NCBI RefSeq assembly: GCF_006345805.1
Contig: NC_043017.1
Coordinates: 13,516,001-13,580,000 of the forward strand
Source: Octopus sinensis
Lineage: Eukaryota
Direction of reading: 5' to 3'
DNA: 64,000 bases
The position numbers and the translations under genes were made by a program. The notes beneath the pieces are model-generated. The model was given only the letters and a program-made list of their open reading frames with translations. It made no database searches and was not told where the DNA came from. Positions 36,960-48,600 of the stretch are shown in pieces. Each line of letters begins with the position of its first letter. The first letter of the stretch is position 1.

Positions 36960-37244
36960 TAGAGGCACAAGAGTGGCTGTGTGGTAAGAAGCTTGCTTCT
37001 CAACCACATGGTTCTGGGTTCAGTCCCACTGCATGGTGCCTTGGGCAAGCGTCTTTTGCTATAGCCTCAAGCCGACCAAAGCCTTGTGACTGGATTTGGT
37101 AGATGGAAACTGAAAGAAGCCCATCGTATATGTGTGTGTGTGTGTATTTGTGTGTCTGTTTGTCCCCCCCCCCCACCATTGCTTGAGAACTGATGATAGT
37201 GCATTTACATCCTCATAACAGTGGGGACGTAAAAAGGTTACTGA

Positions 37245-37470
37245 GATTTGTCTTCTCAATTGCAACATTCTTCTTTAAATCTCTCTTGAGACTTGCATGT
37301 GTCATCCTGGCCTCCTCAAAAGCTTTCACTCCACTTCGATCTAAAGCAAGGGTTTCTATGGCCTTTTGATCCATTCCAAGTGACTTCATGGTAGTCCTTA
37401 TGCCATCCTTGAACCTCTTTTCAGGTTTACACCAATTGCATTTCTCCTTCTGCACCCTCTAATCTCTCAT
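37245..37470 (-). mobile_element. RTE (BovB-like) ORF C-terminal relic
   Basis: KRFKDGIRTTMKSLGMDQKAIETLALDRSG..FEEAR resembles the RTE C-terminal KRYKD..WE.LA.DRS.W block. Confidence 0.6.
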
Positions 37471-37600
37471 CACCTGGCACAAGGCCACCCCCTTCAATAC
37501 CATCCTACCTCTCAAAGGATCTTTGTCTTGCAAGTCACTTAGTGACCACACCAGTGCTGGCGTGATGTGAAAAGCATACAGTCCACGCTGTAAAGCAGTT

Positions 37601-38297
37601 GGGATTTGGAAGGGTATTCAGCCATAAAAATTGTACCAAAACAAACGTTGTTGGTGCTGAAGCCATGTCAAAAGTACCCGGTCCACTTTGTAAAGTGGTT
37701 GGCATTAGGAAGGGTATTCAGCCATAAAAATTGTACCAAAACAAACGTTGTTGGTGCTGAAGCCATGTCAAAAGTACCCGGTCCACTTTGTAAAGTGGTG
37801 GCATTAGGAAGGGTATTCAGCCATAAAAATTGTACCAAAACAACGTCGTTGGTGCTGAAGCCATGTCAAAAGTACCCGGTCCACTTTGTAAGTGGTTGGC
37901 ATTAGGAAGGGTATTCAGCCATAAAAATTGTACCAAAACAAACGTTGTTGGTGCTGAAGCCATGTCAAAAGTACCCGGTCCACTTTGTAAAGTGGTTGGC
38001 ATTAGGAAGGGTATTCAGCCATAAAAATTGTACCAAAACAAACGTCGTTGGTGCTGAAGCCATGTCAAAAGTACCCGGTCCACTTTGTAAAGTGGTTGGC
38101 ATTAGGAAGGGTATTCAGCCATAAAAATTGTACCAAAACAAACGTCGTTGGTGCTGAAGCCATGTCAAAAGTACCCGGTCCACTTTGTAAAGCGGTTGGC
38201 ATTAGGAAGTGCATCCAGCTGTGGAAATCATAGTAACGCAGATCTTGCCAGTGCTGGTGCCATGTAAAAAGCCTACAGTCCACTCTATAAAGTGGTT
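37601..38297 (+). repeat. Tandem array of a 98-100 nt unit (6 near-identical plus 1 diverged) inside repeat D
   Basis: Unit ggcattaggaagggtattcagccataaaaattgtaccaaaacaaacgttgttggtgctgaagccatgtcaaaagtacccggtccactttgtaaagtggtt starting at about 37601, 37701, 37800, 37898, 37998, 38098 and 38198. Confidence 0.95.
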
Positions 38298-38978
38298 GGC
38301 ATTAGGAAAGGCATCCAACTATAGAATTTATGCCAAAGAAGACAGTGGAGCTTGGCATAGAACTCTGACATGCCAGTTCCTGTCAAACCATCCAACCCAT
38401 ACCAGTAAGGAAACCAGATGTCAAATGATGTCAATGATGATGATGATGATGAAGCAGTACTTGTGTAGGGGTTACACCCCTAATTTAGTCATACCCCAGT
38501 TTTCCCATTTAAAATCAAGTTTGAAATAGTGTGACTTATAGACAAGTGTGTGTGAGTGTGTGTATTGTATTTACTCATGTATAATTTGCACCGCTAGTTT
38601 TGTGTTAAATCTTGGAGTAATTTTTTTCCTTCTTCATAGTTTTAGCTTCACCCCCATGTATAAGTCATGCCCTCCAAAAATTTTTTCTAATTAAAATCGA
38701 GAATAAAATAGTGGTTCGACCTATTCACAAGTAAATATGTTAGTTCTGATGCAGGAAGCATCTGTGCATGTACTTTAGGTTTGTATTTTGTTATTATTTA
38801 AACTTCCGCAGTTATACAGAAGGCATGGATCAACAAGAAATTCCTACAGTTTATTTTTCAGATGAGATTGCTGAAGTCTCAGAATGCCAGACTGATGGCA
38901 TGCACACAGAGTAATTGTGCAAGAATATGCAAGAATACAAAGTGTTTAACATTTGTGCAGTGTGTTAGGCATGTGTGA

Positions 38979-39023
<45 letters not shown>

Positions 39024-39089
39024 CATATAATACACATACACATACATATATATATATACATACATATATATATATACACATACATACAT

Positions 39090-39469
39090 GTGTGGTGGCA
39101 CATAAAAACACCATCCGAGCGTGGTCATTCGCCAGCCTCGTCTGGCACCTGTGTCAGTGGCACATAAAAAAAAAAAACACCATCCGAGCGTGGTCGTCTG
39201 CCAGCCTTGTCTGGCACCTGTGTCGGTGGCACATAAAACACACCATCCGAGCGTGGCCGTTCGCCAGCCTCGTCTGGCACCTGTGTCAGTGGCACATAAA
39301 ATCACCCACTACACTCTCGGAGTGGTTGGCGTTAGGAAGGGCATCCAGCTGTAGAAACACTGCCAGATCTGACTGGCCTGGTGCAGCCTTCGGGCTCCCC
39401 AGACACCAGTTGAACCGTCCAACCCATGCTAGCATGGAAAGCGGACGTTAAATGATGATGATGATGATA
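39090..39469 (+). mobile_element. Repeat D with 3 subrepeats and (GAT)n tail
   Basis: Inverted partner of 34426-34725. Confidence 0.85.
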
Positions 39470-39479
39470 CATATATATA

Positions 39480-39892
39480 TATATACACATACACATACAT
39501 ATATACATACACATACATATATACATACATATATATATATATACATACATATATACATACACATACATATATAAATACACATACATATATACATACACAT
39601 ACATATATAAATACACATACATATATACATACACATACATATATACATACACATACATATATACATACACATACGTATATACATACACATACGTATATAC
39701 ATACACATACGTATATACATACACATACATATATACATACACATACATATACACATACGTATATACATACACATACGTATATACATACACATACGTATAT
39801 ACATACACATACGTATATACATACACATACGTATATACATACACATACATATATACATACACATACGTATATACATACACATACATATATAT

Positions 39893-39900
<8 letters not shown>
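39480..39900. repeat. CA/TA-derived minisatellite (about 18-nt unit acacatacgtatatacat)
   Basis: Periodic array; source of the spurious Y/V/C/M ORFs. Confidence 0.9.
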
Positions 39901-39950
<50 letters not shown>

Positions 39951-40219
39951 CACACACATACATATACACATATATATACACATATATACATACACACACA
40001 TATATATATATGTATGGGTGTATGAGTAAGAGAGATGCAAGCTATACATACTTTCAGCGTCATGATATAAGATTGTGGTATAATATTGCACATCAAAGAA
40101 CACAATACAGTAAAGAAGACATAAGGTCTATCAACTAAGTGGTACTTGACACTCTTGAAAATACTTGAGTAAAATACTAACCTACTATCTGTTGTTGCTG
40201 CTATTGTTGTTTAACCATA

Positions 40220-40545
40220 GGTTAAACACCCACAAGGTTATCGACCACCTCACCAACAACAACACTGAACACCTTTTTGATCTCCATGTGTCTAACACAC
40301 GTGGACATGCCTACAAAGTCAGAAAACAGCACAGCTCCCATGACTTTCGGAAACATTTTTTCACGCTCAGGGTTGCTGAAGCGTGGAATAAACTGCCTGC
40401 GTCAGTTGTTGACTGCCATGACACTGCATCCTTTAAGGCCCTCATGCTTTCCGAAATCCGCCGAAACTACACCTGATTATATATACACTTTAGATGAGTT
40501 GTAGTGCACCTGAGCACTGTACACAATTATTATTATTATTATTAT
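40220..40545 (+). mobile_element. 5'-truncated sister copy of the CR1 (ORF2 C-terminus, 3'UTR, (ATT)n)
   Basis: About 11 differences over about 300 nt versus the reverse complement of 20247-20575; 3'UTR identical. Confidence 0.95.
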
Positions 40546-40825
40546 CCAGCAGACATATGACAAAAGATGTTCTAACCATGACCATCCTGTCATTTTCTCT
40601 TTTCTACCATTTCTTTTTTTTTTTTTTTTGCCAGACATACTATAATATCTAAGATTGGGCATCCAGCTAGAGAAACCCTGCAAAGCAGGTACTGAAGTTT
40701 GATGCGAACATTTAGCTCCTTGGATCCTGTTGGACCATCTAATCCATACCTGCATGGAAGATGGATATAAACCACTTTTTACTTATAGACCCCTTTAATT
40801 CCCATTTGAATCAGATGGACCCTCT

Positions 40826-41194
40826 CACATGGTTCCGGGTTCAGTCCCATTGTGTGGCACCTTGGGCAAGTGTCTTCTACTATAGCCTCGGGCCGACCAA
40901 AGCCTTGTGAGTGGATTTGGTAGACGGAAACTGAAAGAAGCCTGTCGTATATATGTATATATATACATGTATATGTGAATATGTTTGTGTGTCTGTGTTT
41001 GTCCCCCAACATCACTTGACAACCGATACTGGTGTGTTTACGTTCCTGTAACTTAGCGGTTCGGCAAAAGAGACCGATAGAATAGGTACTAGGCTTACAA
41101 AGAATAAGTCTTGGGGTCGATTTGCTCGACTAAAGGTGGTGCTTCAGCATGGCCGCAGTCAAATGACTGAAACAAGTAAAAGAGTAAAAGAGAG
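40826..41194 (+). mobile_element. SINE-B, 5'-truncated
   Basis: Consensus match starting at cacatggttccggg. Confidence 0.88.
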
Positions 41195-43183
41195 TATATA
41201 TAATTAGGAATTGTACAAAAAAATTTTTGAAATATTTTGTATACCTTAGAAGCATAACCAAGTTATTGCAGATAAAGTTTTACAACAAAATCTTAAATGG
41301 ATTCCCAAGGGAATGTAAATGATGTAAATGATAATGATGATAATATTGTTGATTCTTAACTTTTAAAGACAGTAGGTGATTATCAAAGGCTTTGCCTGCT
41401 ATTTCTAGCAGGTTAAAACTGCTGATACAGGGACTCTGTCATTGTCTTGTCAGCAGTTGTTATTTAGTCCCAGGTCATTGCCAATCCTGTGATCTGTGAC
41501 TGAAGCTATTCCAGTTGTAAACATTCCGCTTTTTTTTTAATTGTAAAGACGTAGGATATCAAAGGTTGCATCATTCAATGTTTCCTTTGAATATGTTTTT
41601 GATGACTTTAATGCCTAAGGGCTGCTATTTTTAACAATCCAAGCAATCACACAGAGAGGCTCCTGTTTATGGTTGTTTGAAGTGTTAGAAATAGCAGTAC
41701 ATTAGAGTCTTTTTCTATGTGTGTTCTTTTATCAGCACTCGCAAGGCCTCAATCAACCCTGGGACTACATGAAGACACTTTGGCTGTCTTATTCATACAG
41801 ACCTGGGCCAACCAAAACATTTTGAATGAATTTGGTAGATGGAAACTGTGCAAAGTCCATCATGTGTGTGGTGTGTGTGTGTTGGTTTGTTTATGCTTCT
41901 GTAACTTAGAGGTTCACCAAATCAGCCCCAAACTTAAAAATAAGTACTTTGCTTGACTAAATTCTTCAAGGTGATGCCCCAGCATGGTCACACTCCTAGG
42001 ACAAAAACAAGTAAAAAAATACAAAATAATATTGTGTTTTACAGTTCTTTAATTTGGTTTATCCCTCATAGTTAAAGCCAAGCTGGAGCACCACCTTTAT
42101 TGACATGAACTTAATTTTTTTTGTTTTTTTTTAAAGGTTACATTATTTGACCTACCACAGCTCTTTTTAAAGAGGGTACAGTGTGATTTCAGTTGAGATT
42201 TGGCTGCTACTTCTAGCATATGGAGCAACCACTTTGTGGATTCACCATTAGGGAAATAAAAATATATCCTTTATGTTTTACCTGTTTGTCATTAGACTGT
42301 GGCACAAATTGATCCTAGGACTTTAAGCTTGATACCTCCTCTATGAGTCTCTTTTGTTAAATTGCTATATTATGGGGACATAAAAACAACAACACCAGCT
42401 GTCAAGCAGTGGTTGGAGACACACAGACACACACACACACAACTTGAGATGATATAGAAGACACCTGCCCAAGATGGTATGCAGTGGAACAGAACCCAGA
42501 ACCACCAGGTTGGAAAGCAAGCTTCTTACCACACAGCCATGCCTGTGCCCTTATGCCTGAAACTTCCAAAAGTTTCAAGAAATATTTAGGAATGTGTTTG
42601 GAGGAAGTGTTTTGTTGATGTCATTACAAGAGGTTTGTCCGAAAAACACCCAAATTTCCTTGATAAAAATTCCATCAAGGAGTAAGTGAAGAGTCTAAAA
42701 GTATGCAAATATGTTCTAAGATAGTTATATATATACACACACACACATAATTATATAAATACATATTTATATATACATTTTGATTGATACATACATACAC
42801 ACATACATACGTGCATGCATACATACATATATACATACACACATACACACACACATACATACATACACACACAAATACATACATACATACATACATACAC
42901 ACACACATATACATACATACATACACGCATACACATACATACATACATACATACATACGTATTGGTATAACACAAAGGAAGCACCGATCCTTTAGAGAAT
43001 CCTTTACACAAACAGGATTGCAAAGAGGAAACTATTGACGTAGCAAAATTTCATAAAGTTATTTTTATCTCTATTTAAATAATTATATGGACATATATAT
43101 ACCTATACCTATCTATTTATATATTTCAATATATCTTACACACACACACACATAGATAGATAGAAAGATAGATAGATAGATAA

Positions 43184-43598
43184 GGCGGTGAGCTGGCAGA
43201 AATGTTAGCACGCCGGGCGAAATGCATAGCCGCATTTCGTTTGCCATTACGTTCTGCATTCAAATTCCGCCGAGGTCGACTTTGCCTTTCATCCTTTCGG
43301 GGTCGATTAAATAAGTACCAGTTACGCACTGGGGTCGATATAATCGACTTAATCCGTTTGTCTGTCCTTCTTTGTCCCCTCTGTGTTTGGCCCCTTGTGG
43401 GTAGTAAAGAAATAGGTATTTCGTCTGCCACTACGTTCTGAGTTCAAATTCCACCAAGGTCGACTTTGTCTTTCATCCTTTCAGGGTCGATAAATTAAGT
43501 ACCAGTTACGCACTGGGGTCGATATAATCGACTTAATCCGTTTGTCTGTCCTTGTTTGTCCTCTCTGTGTTTAGCCCCTTGTGGGCAGTAAAGAAATA
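43184..43598 (+). mobile_element. SINE-C head-to-tail dimer
   Basis: Full monomer to 43414, then a second monomer starting at ggtatttcgtctgcc. Confidence 0.88.
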
Positions 43599-44135
43599 GA
43601 TAGATAGATAGATATAGATATTAAGGTGAAGGGATATGATTAGGCTGTTGTACCCATGTTGCTAGATTGTGGGCTTGACTCCCATGCCAGGCAGTGTACT
43701 CTGTTCTTGAGCAATACACTTCATTCCACTTAGCTCCAGTCCTCCTTTCAATCAGGGTGAATGTTGGCCTGCACACCTAACCTGCAGGGTGGCATCATTC
43801 AAAATTTAAAACAATGCAAAGTGCAATGTAACCAGCGGTGTGTAACAACATATGATAGTCTGGTAGTTACATGATCACGAGATATACACTCACACATACA
43901 TACATACATACATATACAATCACAAACATGCATGTATGTATACATACAGATACAGTATGGCCAAATGGTTAAGAAGTTAGCTTCGCAATCACAAGGTCCC
44001 GGGTTCAGTCCCACTACATATCATCTCAGTCAAGTGTCTTTTGTTATTGCCTTGGGTCAAGAAATATGAAATATGAAAACTGTGCAGAAGTCCATTGGAT
44101 GGATTGTAACTGTTATTCAAAAGATCCAGTCTTGT

Positions 44136-44301
44136 CCATATATTTCTTTGCTGCCCACAAGGGGCTAAACATAGAGGGGACAAACAAGGACAGACAAAGG
44201 GATTAAGTCGATTACATTGACCCCAGTGCGAAACTGGTACTTTATTTATCGACCCCGAAAGGATGAAAGGCAAAGTCGACCTCGGCGGGATTTGAACTCA
44301 G
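44136..44301 (-). mobile_element. 5'-truncated SINE-C with a 15-bp TSD
   Basis: AAGATCCAGTCTTGT at 44121-44135 and 44302-44316. Confidence 0.9.
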
Positions 44302-44415
44302 AAGATCCAGTCTTGTATCACATATCACATCACTCTGATTTATCCTGAAAATTACATTAAGGAGACATGTTTTTTTTGGAATACACAGTCAGTGTGTGTG
44401 TATGTGTGTTTATAT

Positions 44416-44643
44416 GGCGAGCTGGCAGAACCGTTAGCATGTCGGGCGAAATGCGTTGCCGTATTTCGACCGCCGTTACGTTCTGAGTTCAAATTCCGCC
44501 GAGGTCGACTTTGCCTTTCATTCTTTCGGGGTCAATAAATTAAGTACCAGTTACGTACTGGGGTCGATGTATTCAACTTAATCCGTTTGTCTGTCCTTGT
44601 TCGTCCTCTCTGTGTTTAGCCCCTTGTAGGTAGTAAAGAAATA
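44416..44643 (+). mobile_element. SINE-C monomer
   Basis: ggcgagctggcagaa..gagttcaaattccgcc..gcccttgtaggtagtaaagaaata. Confidence 0.88.
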
Positions 44644-44995
44644 TATATATATATGTGTGTGTGAGTGTATATGTATGTATATCTATATATATGTATGTAT
44701 ACATATATATAGACCGATACAGCTTGGCACCAGTGACGTTGCAACTCATTTCTACAGACGAGTGAACTGGAGCAAATGTGAAATAAAGTGTCTTGCTCAA
44801 GAACACAACACACAGCCCAGTCTGGGAATCAAACTTACTACCCCAAGATAGGGAGCCCAATGTCCTAATCACTAAGCCATATGCTATAATAAATGACCAA
44901 AGATTGTCTCAAAAAGCCTAACCCATGTCAGCATGGAGCAGTGGACATATGAAAATACATGGGGGCAGGAGAAGGGACAAATGATAAAGTAGGGC

Positions 44996-45200
44996 ACGTC
45001 GGGCGAAATGCATAGCGGTATTTCGTCTGCCATTACGTTCTGAGTTCAAATTCCGCCGAGGTCGACTTTGCCTTTCATCCTTTCGGGGTCGATTAAATAA
45101 GTACCAGTAACGCACTGGGGTCGATATAATCGACTTAATCCATTTGTCTGTCCTTGTTTGTCCCCTCTGTGTTTAGCCCCTTATGGGTAATAAAGAAATA
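44996..45200 (+). mobile_element. SINE-C with a 13-bp TSD
   Basis: GATAAAGTAGGGC at 44983-44995 and 45201-45213. Confidence 0.9.
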
Positions 45201-45598
45201 GATAAAGTAGGGCTAGAGGAGAGCTAGTAAGGAAGAACATGACTGTCTGTTTGGAATTTACCATATAAAATCAAAAACAATATTGTTGGATTGTAAATGG
45301 CTTGACAAGAGAGTTTGTTATAATTGACAAAGCTTTACGCAGAGTCATCAGGTGAATGAGAGGTCGGGAAGAGATGGGGAGAGCTAATTAGGGTTGATGG
45401 TGAGTGAACTTAGCATCTGCGGATGTTTTTAAAGACAGCAACCTCAAGAGTAAAAGAGAAGCAGAAAGGCAGGTAGTTTGGCTGATACAACAAGTTGGTT
45501 CTTTCTAGAACTGTTTCCTAGATGTGTGGGAGAGGTATATGTATGTATGTATGTATGTGGTGTGTATGTATGTATGTATGTATGTATGTGTATGTATG

Positions 45599-45652
<54 letters not shown>

Positions 45653-45653
<1 letters not shown>

Positions 45654-46215
45654 CAGGAGGAATTTCTAACTTGAAATATGAAGAATGATGTAAATATATA
45701 TGCATGTAAATATATATACCCACTTGCACAAACATGTGTGCATGTGTCTGTATATGTATGTATATACATACATATATTACAGGTGTACGCACACACACAC
45801 ACACACATATATGCATACATGTACAAATATAATCATACATATTTGTACTAAATATAGCTATATATATATGTATATGTATGTATGTATATATATGTATATC
45901 ACAGGTATACACACACACATATACATACAAGTATAATCATACATACTTGTACTAAATATAGCTATATATATATATGCACATGCACATACACACATACACA
46001 CACACACATACATGCATGCACGTACAGTAGCTGGAAATAACTTGTTCAAAGAACTAACTGGTTCTAGCAAGATATTCAGAGGAGAAGACAGGAGGAATTT
46101 CTAACTTGAAATATGAAGAATGATGTAAATATATATGCATGTAAATATATATATACTCACTTGCACAGACATGTGTGCATGTGTCTGTATATGTATGTAT
46201 ATACATACATATATG
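45653..46215. repeat. Local direct duplication of about 125 nt
   Basis: 45653-45778 is nearly identical to 46088-46215 (acaggaggaatttctaacttgaaatatgaagaatgatg..). Confidence 0.9.
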
Positions 46216-46441
46216 TGTGTGTGTATATATCTAAAGCTGTTATTATTTGATTTGGGCTTTTTTTTACCTTAACTAATATTTTATTTTCATCATAAAAGAC
46301 ATATTTAATGTTATTGTAAGTTGCCCTATATTTTTGGTGCTAGTCTTAGCAGTACATTTCTTTTCTGTTCATCTATTTTCTTCATCCCAGTTCCTAAGAC
46401 ATCATCATCTTGTCTTTTGTGCTTCATCTCCACTGTATTAA

Positions 46442-46824
46442 TCTCTCTATATATAAACGGCAGTTTGTCTGTGCGTGTTTCTGTGTGTCTGTTTGCTTGT
46501 ACCCTCACCCTGACCACGGCTTTCAACCGATTCTGATGAAACTTGACACACACATAGCCCATTGTCATAATTCAAAACTAACGCAGCGAAAATTTTGAAA
46601 AGTTTCCCCAGTTCTGAAAAAAATCGATAAATTCGACATGGGGTCGAGAATCAGAAACACAAACCGCAAACTGTCTAGGGGACGCAACACCACCTTTTTT
46701 AACTAAAAAAAAAATTTACCATCATTTTTTTCCATTTTTTTGCTATTTTTTGGCTATAACTCTCTAAAAATGCTTTATAGTTATTTCCCTTACAAACCTG
46801 AGCAACGCCGGGCGATACTGCTAG
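46442..46824 (+). mobile_element. Non-autonomous Helitron
   Basis: A|TC 5' end (tctctctatatataaa), subterminal GC hairpin gagcaacgccgggc, CTAG|T 3' end, no TSD. Confidence 0.85.
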
Positions 46825-47572
46825 TTGTCATATAAATGTATCCAATGATTGCTGAGCCTCCTAAAGTATGTTGTTCTGTCTCAGGCATCAAAACTACTAG
46901 AATCCTTAGTGAAACAGCTGATGAAGGGTGTAGCTCATTCTAAAGTGTGCTAATATCATTTGCAGTTTTGACCACTGTCAATATTTTCATATCATTTGCA
47001 TAATTCAAAACATGGTTACGAATACCTATAAACTTATACCTGATAACGTATCAATAAACAACAGCAGTCCTAAAACAGTGCTTTGAGGTACACAACATAT
47101 TACAGGGTCTCAGCAGAGAGAAGTCTGTTGGCAATAACAGACTGATTTCTATTTTGTAAAATGTCAGAGTCATCAACTTTTCTTCTACTTATACCAATAT
47201 TGCTTGATGGACAACAGATGATTTCTCTTAAAAATCTTATTAAAAGTTGTAACAAAATCAAGGCATGTACAGATAGTGTCCACATGCCTTAAGAGATTAT
47301 TAAGTATGGTGTTATGATGTTACAGTCGTTGTATCAAGCAAACTTGTCCTGTGCAAAGACCATACTTAAACTATTTGGTGTGTTTTTATCGAGTTATTTA
47401 CTCTTTGATTTCTCCAATTCTTTTACATCTTTCATCAGCCCATCTCTTTTACTCCCCTAATTTACCTTTTTTCCTACTTTCCTATCAACCAATCTAGATT
47501 CCATTTCTCCTACATTCTGTTTTCATTTGTTTCTTTCAAATCCATTTCTTTCACAACCTGTTTCCACCAGAT

Positions 47573-48262
47573 CAGTGGCTCTCAACCATTTTTTGCCTAT
47601 GGACTCCTTTAAATCCTATTTATGAGAGACCCTCATAACCATTTGATATCTAGAAATTCCTGTTTTTCATCATCATCATCATCGTCGTTTAAGGTCCGTT
47701 TTCCATGCTAGCATGGGTTGGACAGTTCGACCGGGGTCTGGGAAGCCAGAAGGTTGCACCAGGCTCCAGTCTGTTCTGGCAGTATTTCTACAGCTGGATG
47801 CCCTTCCTAACGCCAACCACTCCATGAGTGTAGTGGGTGCATTTTACGTGCCACCAGCACAGGTGCCAGGCGAGGCTGGCAATGGCCACGATCGGTTGGT
47901 GCTTTTTACGTGCCACTGGCATGGAAGCCAGTCAAGGTGGCGCTGGCATTGGCCACGTTTGGATGGTGCTTTTTACGTGCCACCAGCATGGAAGCCAGTC
48001 AAGGCGGCGCTGACATCGTCCACATTCGGATGTTGCTTTTCATGTGCCACCAGCACAGGGATCACAACTTCAATTTCCATTGATTTTTGATGTTGATGTA
48101 CTTGATGTATTTATACTTAAATATTATAAGGAATTGTATAAAAAGACTTGTTAAAATATTTTGCGTATGGTAGAATTATATGTAATTTATTTGCACATAA
48201 ATTTTAACAAAATCTTATACGGACTCCTGATGGGCCATATAGACCCCAGTCAAGAACCACTG
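47573..48262. mobile_element. hAT-type MITE interrupted by a minus-strand repeat D (about 47668-48090)
   Basis: Ends CAGTGGCTCTCAAC and GTCAAGAACCACTG (CAGTGGTTCT-type TIR); 8-bp TSD not clear. Confidence 0.6.
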
Positions 48263-48324
48263 ATTAGATAGTCAATTATTCTATTTTGGAAAAAGCATTT
48301 AACAATCATACATGTGTGGGATGA

Positions 48325-48600
48325 GAGAGAAGCTAATTTTTAGCCCTAACCATGCCATCTCCATTGAGGATGGCTGTTACTGTTGATTCTTTCAGTAGAT
48401 CAGGATATATTCTTGTCTCGAGAGAGCTTTAGAATAGTATCTCAAATGGAATGGTTGGGCTATTTTTGCACATTTCAAAGAGTATGGCTGGGAAAGCCTT
48501 TGGTTTTTCTAGTTCAGAGTTTGAATGTAAACCATTAATAGCTGAAAGTAGATAATCTTCCATGATATCTATGTCATCTGAGGGTATCTCCATACATGAA
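48325..48600 (-). pseudogene. Old CR1/L2-type RT N-terminal relic
   Basis: DIDIMEDYLLSAINGLHSNS..FPAILFEMCKNS..*SSLETRIYPDLLKESTVT..AKN* parallels the AAGPDG..LLK..G..P..WK..PI.K..NYRP block. Confidence 0.6.

Noticed and set aside
37601-38297. Regular array superficially resembling CRISPR
   Set aside because: Whole 100-nt units repeat with no unique spacers, there are no cas genes, and the context is eukaryotic.
38812-38914. Possible plus-strand mini-exon (CAG|..MDQQEIPTVYFSDEIAEVSECQTDGMHTE|GTAATT)
   Set aside because: Plausible splice words but no recognisable homology or partner exons; expected by chance in 64 kb. Needs RNA-seq.
46905-46960. Hammerhead-like words (gaaacagctgatgaag..taaagtgtgcta); also CTGATGA at about 53093 and 45345
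   Set aside because: GAAA core missing or stem I cannot form.
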